A stretch of DNA of 20,000 bases, from IMG/VR virus record IMGVR_UViG_3300042397_001885; one strand, 5' to 3'. Origin of the DNA: an uncultured virus (IMG/VR IMGVR_UViG_3300042397_001885). Taxonomy: Duplodnaviria; Heunggongvirae; Uroviricota; Caudoviricetes. The first letter of the stretch is position 1. Each line of letters starts with the position of its first letter. The notes under the pieces were generated by a model, which saw only the letters and a list, made by a program, of their open reading frames with translations, ran no database searches and had not been told where the DNA came from. Positions 1 to 7,647 of the stretch are shown one piece after another. The translations under genes were made by a program, and so were the position numbers.

Positions 1-2240
1 TAACCCCCTCCTCCACCAATGGATGCTACTGCACTAGAAAACTTTCCAACAATTACCCATCCAAAGCCTGTCCTGACAAGTGTTGCTGCTGCATACTGAT
101 CTATTGTAACATAGCCACTTGTAATTGTATCAGTTTCAGTAAAGTATGCAGGACCAATAGTTAATGGATTTCCTGCTATTGAAAGAACCGTTATCTGAGT
201 TCCAACTGGAACCTGCATACCACCATCTACTATTATGTATGCCTGACCACCTTGATTTCCAAGAATAGTTCTTCCAGCATCTTCTTCTGATAGACTGTAT
301 GTATATGAATTACCAGAATCAAAAACTGGAGTGATTGTTTCTGGAGTAGCAAGTTGATATTCTACTGGCTTTTGTCCTAAAGATAATTGCCAATCATTGT
401 AAGTGTTTTCAGCAGCAACTGTCCATTCAGATACATCTGATACTTCAATTGAATTAACAAAAGAGTTAGATGCAGATCCTATTTCAGTTATCTCACCGTA
501 AAAAGCTGCAGTTGGTTCTGACTTAGAAACTGCCCTTACAAGATTTCCAACTTCAAACAATCCTGGGTCTCCAACAATTGATACAACATCTAATATAGCT
601 GGTTTTGCAAAAGCTGTTGTAGGTGAAAGTGGTGCAGGTGGAATATCTACTGCATCCCAAGGTAGTGGTAGTGGATTAGTTAACTTATATTCTTTTTTAG
701 GAGGGGAAGCAATAGATAGTGTCCAATCATTAAATGTATCTTCTTCACTAGCATCCCAAGTTAATACTTCAAGGGGGTAGATATAGAATTGATCTGCAAA
801 GTTTGCATATCCAATAGATCCAATATAAGCAAATACTTTAATTCCTGGATTTGATCTAGATGAAATAACTACATAGTCTCCAGGATTATAAGATCCACGA
901 TGGTATCCTTCAAAACTTCTTGAAGTTCCATATTGAATATCAGAAAGGAATGTTGAATAACTAATGTTGGTAAATGGAGCTTGAACCATTCCATCAGATA
1001 CACTTATTCTCCTATCAAAATTATATCCAGGCTCAAAATGTGCTGAAAATATTGGAACTATTGCAGCAGCACTTGCAACTGTAGTAGACCAGTCACTATT
1101 ATTTGACCATCTTTGAACAACTATTCTTGCAAATGTTGGATCTAATTGATAAATCCATCCTTCAATATAAGGACTGGCTGGTAGAGAAGGATCTTCAAAA
1201 TGGAATTTTACATAATCTCCAACTCTATAGGAACTGTTTGAAAAATCTCCTGGAACTGTATACTGCATTCCTTCTGCCCAAGATGTGACACTATAAGCAT
1301 TCCATACATAGCTTACATCGTCATAAAGCATATGAACATTTGAATCATATGTTACTTCATATCCTGGACCTTGTGGTCCATCTGAGGCATGAAGGCTAAA
1401 TGATAAAAAATAAGGAATGCTATTAATATCAACATAAACTTCTAAGCATTTTACCTCAAGACCGTCTGTTTGAGTTCCTTCTATATATTTTTGAATACCA
1501 AGAACTTCAAGTATTGCATAATCTTCAGGAATTGCTACACCAAATTCGTCTAAGGATTGCATTCTAATTTTTTGTCCAACTTGATAAAGTCCAGGCTGCC
1601 CTTCAATTACATACTCTTCTCCTACACTTGCTGGTTTTGCAGGAGGTGCTGTCCTCACACCTGCTAAAGAATCTCCAACAGGATATATAAAAGGTGGAAA
1701 TTCATATGTTGCCTTTGGTTCTGGTAAAAGTCCAGTAGTCCATTCACCCAGGGTATTGCCTTCTTGAGACCCACCATTTATTCTTGTAGCAGTAAATCTA
1801 TACTCGTTGTAATTATATTCAGGGTATTTTGTAATATCCCAGATATATCCTTCAACAAAAACATCTGGATATATGGTATTTGCTGTTCCTATTGATCCAC
1901 CACGATCAACATATACTGCTTTTATCCAGTCTCCAGCTTTAAATAATGTATCTGCTCCAAAGATATAATATGAAGCACCAATAGAAGTATTGTTCATAGT
2001 TATTCCAGAGTTGATTGGGGGTAAATTTCCTTGGCTGTCAACAGTTGGATATATATCGTAGCTTAGACCGTCATCTCCTGCAACCTGTGCATATTGAAGA
2101 GAGATCCAAGAGGTATTTGATTTACCTATTTTAAATTTTCCAGTATCTGTTTCAAATCCAATTTCACCATCTGAAAGGGTGGGATCGTTTGCTGTCCAAT
2201 TTGCAGCAGTATCTCTTCTAACTTGGATTCTTGTTGCCAT
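1..2240 (-). CDS. Tail fibre / receptor-binding-like virion protein with Mtd_N (hyaluronidase-N-like) N-terminal domain; about 746 aa, 3' end at window edge
   Basis: Absent from the ORF track (no full stop codon in window). ATG at 2240 reads MATRIQVRRDTAANWTANDPTLSDGEIGFETDTGKFKIG, typical of Mtd_N. The frame continues to ...YAAATLVRTGFGWVIVGKFSSAVASIGGGGG then TA at bases 2-1. Extended -10 TGTTATAAT ends 9 nt upstream. Confidence 0.85.
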   Translation of the reverse strand, partial: MATRIQVRRDTAANWTANDPTLSDGEIGFETDTGKFKIGKSNTSWISLQYAQVAGDDGLSYDIYPTVDSQGNLPPINSGITMNNTSIGASYYIFGADTLFKAGDWIKAVYVDRGGSIGTANTIYPDVFVEGYIWDITKYPEYNYNEYRFTATRINGGSQEGNTLGEWTTGLLPEPKATYEFPPFIYPVGDSLAGVRTAPPAKPASVGEEYVIEGQPGLYQVGQKIRMQSLDEFGVAIPEDYAILEVLGIQKYIEGTQTDGLEVKCLEVYVDINSIPYFLSFSLHASDGPQGPGYEVTYDSNVHMLYDDVSYVWNAYSVTSWAEGMQYTVPGDFSNSSYRVGDYVKFHFEDPSLPASPYIEGWIYQLDPTFARIVVQRWSNNSDWSTTVASAAAIVPIFSAHFEPGYNFDRRISVSDGMVQAPFTNISYSTFLSDIQYGTSRSFEGYHRGSYNPGDYVVISSRSNPGIKVFAYIGSIGYANFADQFYIYPLEVLTWDASEEDTFNDWTLSIASPPKKEYKLTNPLPLPWDAVDIPPAPLSPTTAFAKPAILDVVSIVGDPGLFEVGNLVRAVSKSEPTAAFYGEITEIGSASNSFVNSIEVSDVSEWTVAAENTYNDWQLSLGQKPVEYQLATPETITPVFDSGNSYTYSLSEEDAGRTILGNQGGQAYIIVDGGMQVPVGTQITVLSIAGNPLTIGPAYFTETDTITSGYVTIDQYAAATLVRTGFGWVIVGKFSSAVASIGGGGG

Positions 2241-2454
2241 AATAAAACTATTATAACATATATTCTTTACTATATCTTTACCATTGAAAAATTCCGCAAA
2301 AAATAAAAACGCAAAAAATCGGCGGAAATAGTACACATTTCATCACTTTATAACTACGTTATTCTATGATAGATAAAAAGTTTTTTTAAACATTTACTAT
2401 TTATTAAAATAATACGGGGTAAACATTATATGCAGATAGTCCCTAATGTGAAGA

Positions 2455-3213
2455 CTACAATCTCTTTTGATGATCTTTAAACTTTTCTCCGAAGGCATGT
2501 ATTCCATTAAAATATCTTCTACCTGCAAGATGTGCTTTTTCTCTATCTTCATTTAATCTTTGACGACCAAATTCGTGGGAATCATTTCTTTCATTATTAA
2601 TAAGTTCTTCTGAAAAATATTTATTAGCAGCAAGTAATTCAAATTTATCTACAAAGTATCTTTGAATAGGAATAAAGGCAGCTAGGGCATCACCTTTTTT
2701 AACTTTAACTACCCTGCCTGGATCTGTAAGCTTTAGATTAAAGGAAAAGTCTCTTCTCATTTGATCTGCCTCAATTACTGCTGTCATTGCAACCATTCCT
2801 GGAATAAACATATTTGGTGGCTGAATTGTCATTAGGTTTATGCCTATTGGGGTTTTTAACTGAAAGTTGTTTTGTATAGTTAGGACACCCTCAGCAAATC
2901 CTGGATGAATGTTTTGCATATTTAAGTTATCATCACTATATGTTTTTACTTCTATGTCTTTTGGATTTCCAGATGAACCATCCCAAGTTGCATCAAAGTC
3001 GTATGCTGCCTTTAGGATAAAACCGTATTGATTACCTATGTTAAGGGGTAGACAATAATAGGCATGGTTATTAAACCAGTCTCTTTTAATATTACCCTTT
3101 AAAGATTCTATAATTTCTGGATATCTTTCATACTGTTCATCTCTACCAGTAAAAGGAATAACTACAATTTTATTTCTAGGAACTTCAAATCCATAATCAT
3201 TTATGTAATTCAA
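2455..3213 (-). CDS. DUF6065-family protein
   Basis: 252 aa; WFxxHAYYCLPLNIGNQYG, QPPN and DFSFNLK motifs recognised as DUF6065-like. Confidence 0.7.
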   Translation of the reverse strand: MNYINDYGFEVPRNKIVVIPFTGRDEQYERYPEIIESLKGNIKRDWFNNHAYYCLPLNIGNQYGFILKAAYDFDATWDGSSGNPKDIEVKTYSDDNLNMQNIHPGFAEGVLTIQNNFQLKTPIGINLMTIQPPNMFIPGMVAMTAVIEADQMRRDFSFNLKLTDPGRVVKVKKGDALAAFIPIQRYFVDKFELLAANKYFSEELINNERNDSHEFGRQRLNEDREKAHLAGRRYFNGIHAFGEKFKDHQKRL

Positions 3214-3792
3214 TTACAGAGTCCAACCATCAAAGTATTGCTTATCCTTAGTCCAGAATGAAGCTAGGGTATATCTGATACCATCTTCTATTTTAGAGAC
3301 TCCATGGAGGTGCTCTGGGTCTCCTGGGTGCACTGCAAGTTTTCCAGCAGCTGGGGCAATGTCAAAATTATAATTTGGATAATATGTATGTCCACCAGAG
3401 TAATCATCATTTAAATATATGATTGCTCCATAGTGTCTATGATTAAACCATTCTAATGATTCTTTATGATCTTCATGAGCATCTGTCATATCGTCACAAT
3501 GTGGATGTTGTTCCATACCAGGAAACCATCTAACTACTTGGAATAAGTCTGGATATACCTCAGATAGGTTATACATATCCTTTATTTCTTTTTCCACTCT
3601 TTGACGAATTTTATATAGCATTCCCCCGATTTCTTTGCTATGTAAGTTGTATATGTTTATAGCATTAAGACTTCTATTATCCCAAAAGTCTGATCCGCCA
3701 GATTCCCATGGCTCTATTGCCTTAACAAAATTAATAATAGTTTGTGATTCTTCTTTAGTTAAGAAATTATCTACTGTTTTTGCTTTAAACAT
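3214..3792 (-). CDS. 2OG-Fe(II) oxygenase (prolyl 4-hydroxylase-like)
   Basis: HxD (HCD), IIYLNDDYSGG, distal H (HLHGV) and RYT motifs; abuts the DUF6065 gene. Confidence 0.9.
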   Translation of the reverse strand: MFKAKTVDNFLTKEESQTIINFVKAIEPWESGGSDFWDNRSLNAINIYNLHSKEIGGMLYKIRQRVEKEIKDMYNLSEVYPDLFQVVRWFPGMEQHPHCDDMTDAHEDHKESLEWFNHRHYGAIIYLNDDYSGGHTYYPNYNFDIAPAAGKLAVHPGDPEHLHGVSKIEDGIRYTLASFWTKDKQYFDGWTL

Positions 3793-3816
3793 TTTTATCC
3801 TTTCAAAAATAAAAAA

Positions 3817-3897
3817 TTAGCTACCAGATAGTGTTGACAATAAGATTACTGTTATTGTAATCCAAAAGATGTATCTAGCATATTCTTTGTTACTCAT
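3817..3897 (-). CDS. Membrane micropeptide (26 aa)
   Basis: MSNKEYARYIFWITITVILLSTLSGS; AAGGA RBS upstream. Confidence 0.5.
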   Translation of the reverse strand: MSNKEYARYIFWITITVILLSTLSGS

Positions 3898-3979
3898 TTT
3901 CCTTAATCCTTGTTTTTTCAATAATTTCATCCCCCTGCCCCCTGCAAATTTTTACACTTTTTTGATTCATTGCATTCAT

Positions 3980-4008
3980 AGTATAAGAGTGTTTTTAATG
4001 CTTGTCAA
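3980..4008 (-). promoter_or_regulatory. Canonical sigma70/SigA promoter for the oxygenase operon
   Basis: TTGACA-17-TATACT on minus strand. Confidence 0.75.
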
Positions 4009-4101
4009 ATTGAGTTCCACCAAACATTGAACTATTAAATTATTTGTAACACAATTGTAACATATCATCTCACATATTGAGATATATATTTATATACCCG
4101 C

Positions 4102-4162
4102 AAAATCTGAATATTTTTATATTTGCAGCTAGATCCCATTTTGAAGAAAATCTGAATATTTT
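4102..4162 (+). repeat. 16-bp direct repeat AAAATCTGAATATTTT
   Basis: Copies at 4102-4117 and 4147-4162. Confidence 0.8.
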
Positions 4163-4234
4163 GTTAAAGTGTATGATGCGTAAAAATAGAAAAAGCTCAC
4201 TTTTTTATTAGTGAGCCCATCCTATTAGATAATA

Positions 4235-4420
4235 CTAGATGAATTCGAATTCTGCAACCTCTTCACAGTTCAAACAATTGTCTAAATCTTCACAATAACA
4301 ACCGTGAAACTCTCCAGCACAATCTTGACAATAGAGAACACTCTTTGACTTTGAATTTCTAGAATTGAAAGCCTTTCCAATTCGATGTCCTTGATGTTCT
4401 AAAATTATAGAATTAATCAT
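4235..4420 (-). CDS. Small Cys-rich hypothetical protein
   Basis: 61 aa; CQDC, CYC and CLNC motifs; tightly packed operon. Confidence 0.65.
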   Translation of the reverse strand: MINSIILEHQGHRIGKAFNSRNSKSKSVLYCQDCAGEFHGCYCEDLDNCLNCEEVAEFEFI

Positions 4421-4423
4421 TTC

Positions 4424-4612
4424 TTACCCCTCTAACATTTCACAGATAACAGCACCTATGGCAGATGCTAAGCCAATAATAAAAGTAACTAGCATAACTG
4501 TTGGAGTCATCCAACTAAAGCCAATCACTAAAAGTTGTAGTTGTAGTAGTAGTGCAGGTAGTGAGAACACTGCAATGAATACTAATGGTGCAATTAGATT
4601 GTAAACAAACAT
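4424..4612 (-). CDS. Small two-TM membrane protein
   Basis: 62 aa, hydrophobic; start abuts the stop of the upstream gene. Confidence 0.7.
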   Translation of the reverse strand: MFVYNLIAPLVFIAVFSLPALLLQLQLLVIGFSWMTPTVMLVTFIIGLASAIGAVICEMLEG

Positions 4613-4738
4613 TTAGAATACCTCGTATTCGTCAGGCTCACAGATGATACAGTAACCGTTAGTTTCCCAATCGGTTAGTTTGTCACCACACTCTACACAC
4701 TTTGTAGTAGTGATGTTCTCGTATGCTAGTTCAGTCAT
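4613..4738 (-). CDS. Small CxxC-CxxC Zn-finger protein (41 aa)
   Basis: MTELAYENITTTKCVECGDKLTDWETNGYCIICEPDEYEVF; ACGAAAGGA RBS; paralogue at 6663-6800. Confidence 0.8.
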   Translation of the reverse strand: MTELAYENITTTKCVECGDKLTDWETNGYCIICEPDEYEVF

Positions 4739-4772
4739 TTTGTGACTTCCTTTCGTTTGTTTCTATGTTCTA

Positions 4773-4794
4773 AACTTAGCAGATACCACTGACA
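4773..4794 (-). promoter_or_regulatory. RecA-NDp/PafBC-type promoter 1 (leftward)
   Basis: TGTCAG-tggtatctgc-TAAGTT; matches tTGTCRgtg-N8-TAnnnT exactly. Confidence 0.8.
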
Positions 4795-4840
4795 AAATCA
4801 AGCCAGAATCGCCTTTTTTAGGTTAACATTGGGTGAACAA

Positions 4841-4986
4841 TAATTCACAGGTTATCCACAGGATCCAGGCTGCGCCCCGTTTTCCACAGGTTATCCACAC
4901 CCTGTTAAGAAGGTGTTAATGAGTCCCCATTTTCTGTGTATAAGTATGGTAGTTATGTGTATAAGTTGTTAATAAGATGTGTATAA
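4841..4986. promoter_or_regulatory. DnaA-box cluster
   Basis: TTATCCACA at 4852 and 4891; TTTTCCACA at 4880; degenerate TAATTCACA at 4841; reverse TGTGTATAA at 4935, 4956, 4978. Confidence 0.75.
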
Positions 4987-4990
4987 CTAA

Positions 4991-5006
4991 TGTGATGAGG
5001 GTCACA
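4991..5006. promoter_or_regulatory. CRP/GlxR-type binding site
   Basis: Perfect TGTGA-N6-TCACA (TGTGAtgagggTCACA). Confidence 0.6.
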
Positions 5007-5044
5007 AAAATAATTCTAAAACACCCCCCAAAAAGGGGCAAAAC

Positions 5045-5066
5045 TGTCAGACCCCTCTGCTAAGAT
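5045..5066 (+). promoter_or_regulatory. RecA-NDp/PafBC-type promoter 2
   Basis: TGTCAG-acccctctgc-TAAGAT. Confidence 0.8.
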
Positions 5067-5082
5067 GAAATCATAAAGCAGT

Positions 5083-5137
5083 TGAGAGTGAGCCTAGCAA
5101 ATAATCCCGAAAGGGTGAGCCTAGCAAATAAATCTCA
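5083..5137 (+). ncRNA. Candidate structured 5' leader with 17-nt direct repeat
   Basis: GTGAGCCTAGCAAATAA at 5088 and 5115 around a CCC-GAAA-GGG hairpin, closed by TGAGA/TCTCA. Confidence 0.55.
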
Positions 5138-5159
5138 CACAAACGAAAGGTAAACCAAA

Positions 5160-5309
5160 ATGGCTTACACTAAAATAAAAAATGCAAGACTGCTAGTAGA
5201 TGCAGTCAATGGCTTAGAGTTAATACTCAAGCACGACCCAACCAATCAACGAATGATTGACTACTACAATCTACAAATAAAACTTTTGACTAGACGTGTC
5301 TACCGTTAA
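5160..5309 (+). CDS. Hypothetical protein (49 aa)
   Basis: MAYTKIKNARLLVDAV...LTRRVYR; ACGAAAGGT RBS. Confidence 0.7.
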   Translation: MAYTKIKNARLLVDAVNGLELILKHDPTNQRMIDYYNLQIKLLTRRVYR

Positions 5310-5312
5310 AAC

Positions 5313-5334
5313 TGTCAGACCTCTATGCTAAGAT
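5313..5334 (+). promoter_or_regulatory. RecA-NDp/PafBC-type promoter 3
   Basis: TGTCAG-acctctatgc-TAAGAT. Confidence 0.8.
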
Positions 5335-5366
5335 AAAACTAATAAACGAAAGAAAGGTAAGACAAA

Positions 5367-5576
5367 ATGACTTACACTGAAATAATGGAAGAGGTAGTTA
5401 CCCCAGCAGGTAACACTTTCTACAATACCATTCGCTACTATGACGAATGCGAGATTTGCCAATCTGCTATGGCTAAAGGTGAGATGCCTTTCATCTCTCA
5501 CGATAACTGCCTATACAAGGGTAAGCGTATCATTGGTCACTCACTAGGTCACTGTACCGCAGGGAGTTGCTACTAA
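5367..5576 (+). CDS. Small Cys/His-rich hypothetical protein
   Basis: 69 aa; CEIC and H...HC...C; GAAAGG RBS. Confidence 0.75.
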   Translation: MTYTEIMEEVVTPAGNTFYNTIRYYDECEICQSAMAKGEMPFISHDNCLYKGKRIIGHSLGHCTAGSCY

Positions 5577-5707
5577 TGAATAGATGCGAAAACTGTGATG
5601 AGTGGTCAGAGTGGAAATCCTGCCCTGCCTGTGATGAATCTATCTGTGGCTATTGTGTCTACTATGTAGAGCAAGACCTAACTAGTTGCGACAGATTAGG
5701 TCACTAA
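5576..5707 (+). CDS. Cys-rich Zn-binding micro-protein (43 aa)
   Basis: MNRCENCDEWSEWKSCPACDESICGYC...; TAATG overlap with the upstream gene. Confidence 0.7.
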   Translation: MNRCENCDEWSEWKSCPACDESICGYCVYYVEQDLTSCDRLGH

Positions 5708-5711
5708 AAAC

Positions 5712-5733
5712 TGTCAGACCTCTCTGATAGTAT
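5712..5733 (+). promoter_or_regulatory. RecA-NDp/PafBC-type promoter 4
   Basis: TGTCAG-acctctctga-TAGTAT. Confidence 0.8.
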
Positions 5734-5768
5734 CAACTTAACAAACAAACAAACGAAAGGTGGTCACA

Positions 5769-5993
5769 ATGACTACACTAAACACCAAAGACTTTCTAGA
5801 GTCTTACAAGGCTTTGCACAATGCAAAGTATTCAACACTAAATGCAAATGAGCATCTTGTTCTTGCAACAATTCTAACCGTTTCTATTGAGTGGTCAAAG
5901 TCACTTGATGAGGTTCAGAAATTACTAGACAAGAAAACTCAAGAACAAAATCTTGAACTACAATTCTTCCAAAATGCAAAGGCAGGAAAATAA
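5769..5993 (+). CDS. Hypothetical protein
   Basis: ATG 5769 after GAAAGGTGG RBS; 74 aa. Confidence 0.75.
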   Translation: MTTLNTKDFLESYKALHNAKYSTLNANEHLVLATILTVSIEWSKSLDEVQKLLDKKTQEQNLELQFFQNAKAGK

Positions 5994-5994
5994 A

Positions 5995-6177
5995 ATGATG
6001 ACACGCAAAGACTACATAGCAACTGCAAAGATTTTTAATTCTTATGCAGAAGCAGGACAAGACAACCTTTTGATTTCTTCACTTGTAAAAAGTATGGTAG
6101 AAGATTTTGCAGACTTATTCGCAAATGATAATCCAAACTTTGATGAGCAAAGATTTCTAGATGCGGTAGGTGTGTAA
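5995..6177 (+). CDS. Hypothetical phage protein (MTRKDY...F..DNPNFD..RF type)
   Basis: Start reassigned to 5995, directly after the upstream stop; 60 aa. Confidence 0.8.
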   Translation: MMTRKDYIATAKIFNSYAEAGQDNLLISSLVKSMVEDFADLFANDNPNFDEQRFLDAVGV

Positions 6178-6329
6178 TGAGATTTGCACATAGCAAAATT
6201 GACGGTACTTTCGTAATTGGAATTAGTTTTTCAAATTACTACAATTCAAAACTAGGTTACAAAAATACTTCCCTGATTTTTGACTTAGGAAAACATTCAG
6301 TAGCATTTATTTTTAGAGGTGAACACTAA
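6177..6329 (+). CDS. Hypothetical protein (50 aa)
   Basis: MRFAHSKIDGTFVIGISF...; TAATG coupling at both ends. Confidence 0.65.
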   Translation: MRFAHSKIDGTFVIGISFSNYYNSKLGYKNTSLIFDLGKHSVAFIFRGEH

Positions 6330-6403
6330 TGAATAGTTTTTATTCTTGGGTATTTATTTTATCTATTGCAACTCTATTTTTTTTAGCAGGACAGGAAAAA
6401 TAA
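6329..6403 (+). CDS. Membrane micropeptide (24 aa)
   Basis: MNSFYSWVFILSIATLFFLAGQEK; GAGG RBS and TAATG coupling. Confidence 0.5.
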   Translation: MNSFYSWVFILSIATLFFLAGQEK

Positions 6404-6404
6404 A

Positions 6405-6470
6405 TTGGAAGCAATTTTAATTATTGCAATTAGTTTAATTCTAGTTTTGGTTTGGAGTTTTACAGATTAG
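6405..6470 (+). CDS. Membrane micropeptide (21 aa, TTG start)
   Basis: MEAILIIAISLILVLVWSFTD; AGGA upstream. Confidence 0.4.
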   Translation: MEAILIIAISLILVLVWSFTD

Positions 6471-6475
6471 AAATC

Positions 6476-6505
6476 TCCTGGGGTGTTTTTCATTCCAGGA
6501 TTTTT
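6476..6505 (+). terminator. Intrinsic terminator
   Basis: TCCTGGGGTG-TTTTT-CATTCCAGGA followed by TTTTT. Confidence 0.6.
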
Positions 6506-6516
6506 CCTGCGCCCCG

Positions 6517-6559
6517 TTTTCCACAGCTTGTCCACAGGTCTTTAAGAAGGTGTGGATAA
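6517..6559. promoter_or_regulatory. DnaA boxes
   Basis: TTTTCCACA 6517, TTGTCCACA 6528, reverse TGTGGATAA 6551. Confidence 0.7.
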
Positions 6560-6615
6560 GTCCCCAAGTTTTGTTATAAGTTTGTTACATAAGACACGCC
6601 CTTAAATACCAAAAT

Positions 6616-6637
6616 TGTCAGACCCCTATGATAGGTT
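6616..6637 (+). promoter_or_regulatory. RecA-NDp/PafBC-type promoter 5
   Basis: TGTCAG-acccctatga-TAGGTT. Confidence 0.8.
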
Positions 6638-6662
6638 ATAACTATAACGAAAGAGGAAAAAG

Positions 6663-6800
6663 ATGACTGAATTAGCATTTGAAAACGTAACCAAACTAAA
6701 GTGTGAATCTTGCAATGATAAACTAACCCCTTGGGAAACTAGACTTTGCATTCTTTGCGATAATGAATCTGAACAAGAATTTGAATTTGATGATGAGTAA
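6663..6800 (+). CDS. Small CxxC-CxxC Zn-finger protein (45 aa), paralogue of 4613-4738
   Basis: MTELAFENVTKLKCESCNDKLTPWETRLCILCDNESEQEFEFDDE; GAGG RBS. Confidence 0.8.
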   Translation: MTELAFENVTKLKCESCNDKLTPWETRLCILCDNESEQEFEFDDE

Positions 6801-6803
6801 AAT

Positions 6804-6825
6804 TGTCAGACCTCTATGCTAAGAT
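6804..6825 (+). promoter_or_regulatory. RecA-NDp/PafBC-type promoter 6
   Basis: TGTCAG-acctctatgc-TAAGAT. Confidence 0.8.
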
Positions 6826-6855
6826 AATCCTATACCTACAAACGAAAGGGACACT

Positions 6856-7107
6856 ATGTTCACTTTGACTAATCCAATGAAAGTGATGAATGACCGTTAT
6901 GTCGTTACATCATTACCTTGCCCTGATTGTGGCACAACCAAAACAGTTTCTATCTCATCACAACAATTATTTGCATATAATCAAGGTGCTTATTGTCAAG
7001 ATGTATTGAAAGACTATGATGCAGGTATTCGTGAACGTTTCATTTCTGGAATGTGTGACGATTGTTTTTGCACTATGACTAATTTTGCTAACTGGAATGA
7101 GGAATAA
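6856..7107 (+). CDS. Zn-ribbon hypothetical protein
   Basis: CPDC...RERFISGMCDDC; 83 aa. Confidence 0.8.
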   Translation: MFTLTNPMKVMNDRYVVTSLPCPDCGTTKTVSISSQQLFAYNQGAYCQDVLKDYDAGIRERFISGMCDDCFCTMTNFANWNEE

Positions 7108-7109
7108 AA

Positions 7110-7415
7110 ATGGGACTAAACTTTGCAACTGAATTATCAACAACGGATACTATGCCAATTGAGCAACAAATTAATATCCACTTGCAGTATAACTTCTACC
7201 CTCCAGTACCATCGTCAATGGTACAACCTTGCATAGATGCTATCAATGCTTATTGGAATGAAGATATCTATGCTGAAATAGAAATGCCACAAGGAGTTTC
7301 TTATCGTGGTAGTAACTATGCACCTGCTCACGCTATCGTTGAGCAACATCGTTTGGATCCTTGGTTGGATACTGATGACTACTATGAAGAATATGAATAT
7401 CAGGATATGGAGTAA
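7110..7415 (+). CDS. Hypothetical phage protein
   Basis: 101 aa; HLQYNFYPPVP motif; GAGG RBS. Confidence 0.8.
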   Translation: MGLNFATELSTTDTMPIEQQINIHLQYNFYPPVPSSMVQPCIDAINAYWNEDIYAEIEMPQGVSYRGSNYAPAHAIVEQHRLDPWLDTDDYYEEYEYQDME

Positions 7416-7419
7416 ATAA

Positions 7420-7530
7420 TTGTTTGAAATAATTTCTATAATTATTCTTGCACCATTCATAATAGTTCCGTTGTTAGGATTCATAATTGGAATGATGACT
7501 TCTAATGATGATGGTGATCCTAAATGGTAA
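7420..7530 (+). CDS. Membrane micropeptide (36 aa, TTG start)
   Basis: MFEIISIIILAPFIIVPLLGFIIGMMTSNDDGDPKW; GGAG RBS. Confidence 0.55.
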   Translation: MFEIISIIILAPFIIVPLLGFIIGMMTSNDDGDPKW

Positions 7531-7619
7531 TAAGGCTTGACAAGCCCAGCGAAAGCTGCGCCCTGTGGATAACCTTGTTATCTAATTGTTATTAAGATGA
7601 CTTGAAAAAACCACCAAAT

Positions 7620-7641
7620 TGTCAGACCTTTATGGTAAGTT
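7620..7641 (+). promoter_or_regulatory. RecA-NDp/PafBC-type promoter 7 (leaderless transcript)
   Basis: TGTCAG-acctttatgg-TAAGTT; ATG 6 nt downstream. Confidence 0.8.
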
Positions 7642-7647
7642 TATCTT

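Noticed and set aside
1103..1288. ORF-track 61-aa plus-strand ORF
   Set aside because: Antisense shadow of the long fibre gene.
1..2240. Diversity-generating retroelement implied by the Mtd_N domain
   Set aside because: No reverse transcriptase or template/variable repeat pair is visible; Mtd_N alone is not diagnostic.
6615..6637. TTGTCA as an ordinary -35 element
   Set aside because: Only 11 nt separate it from the -10, versus 16-18 required.
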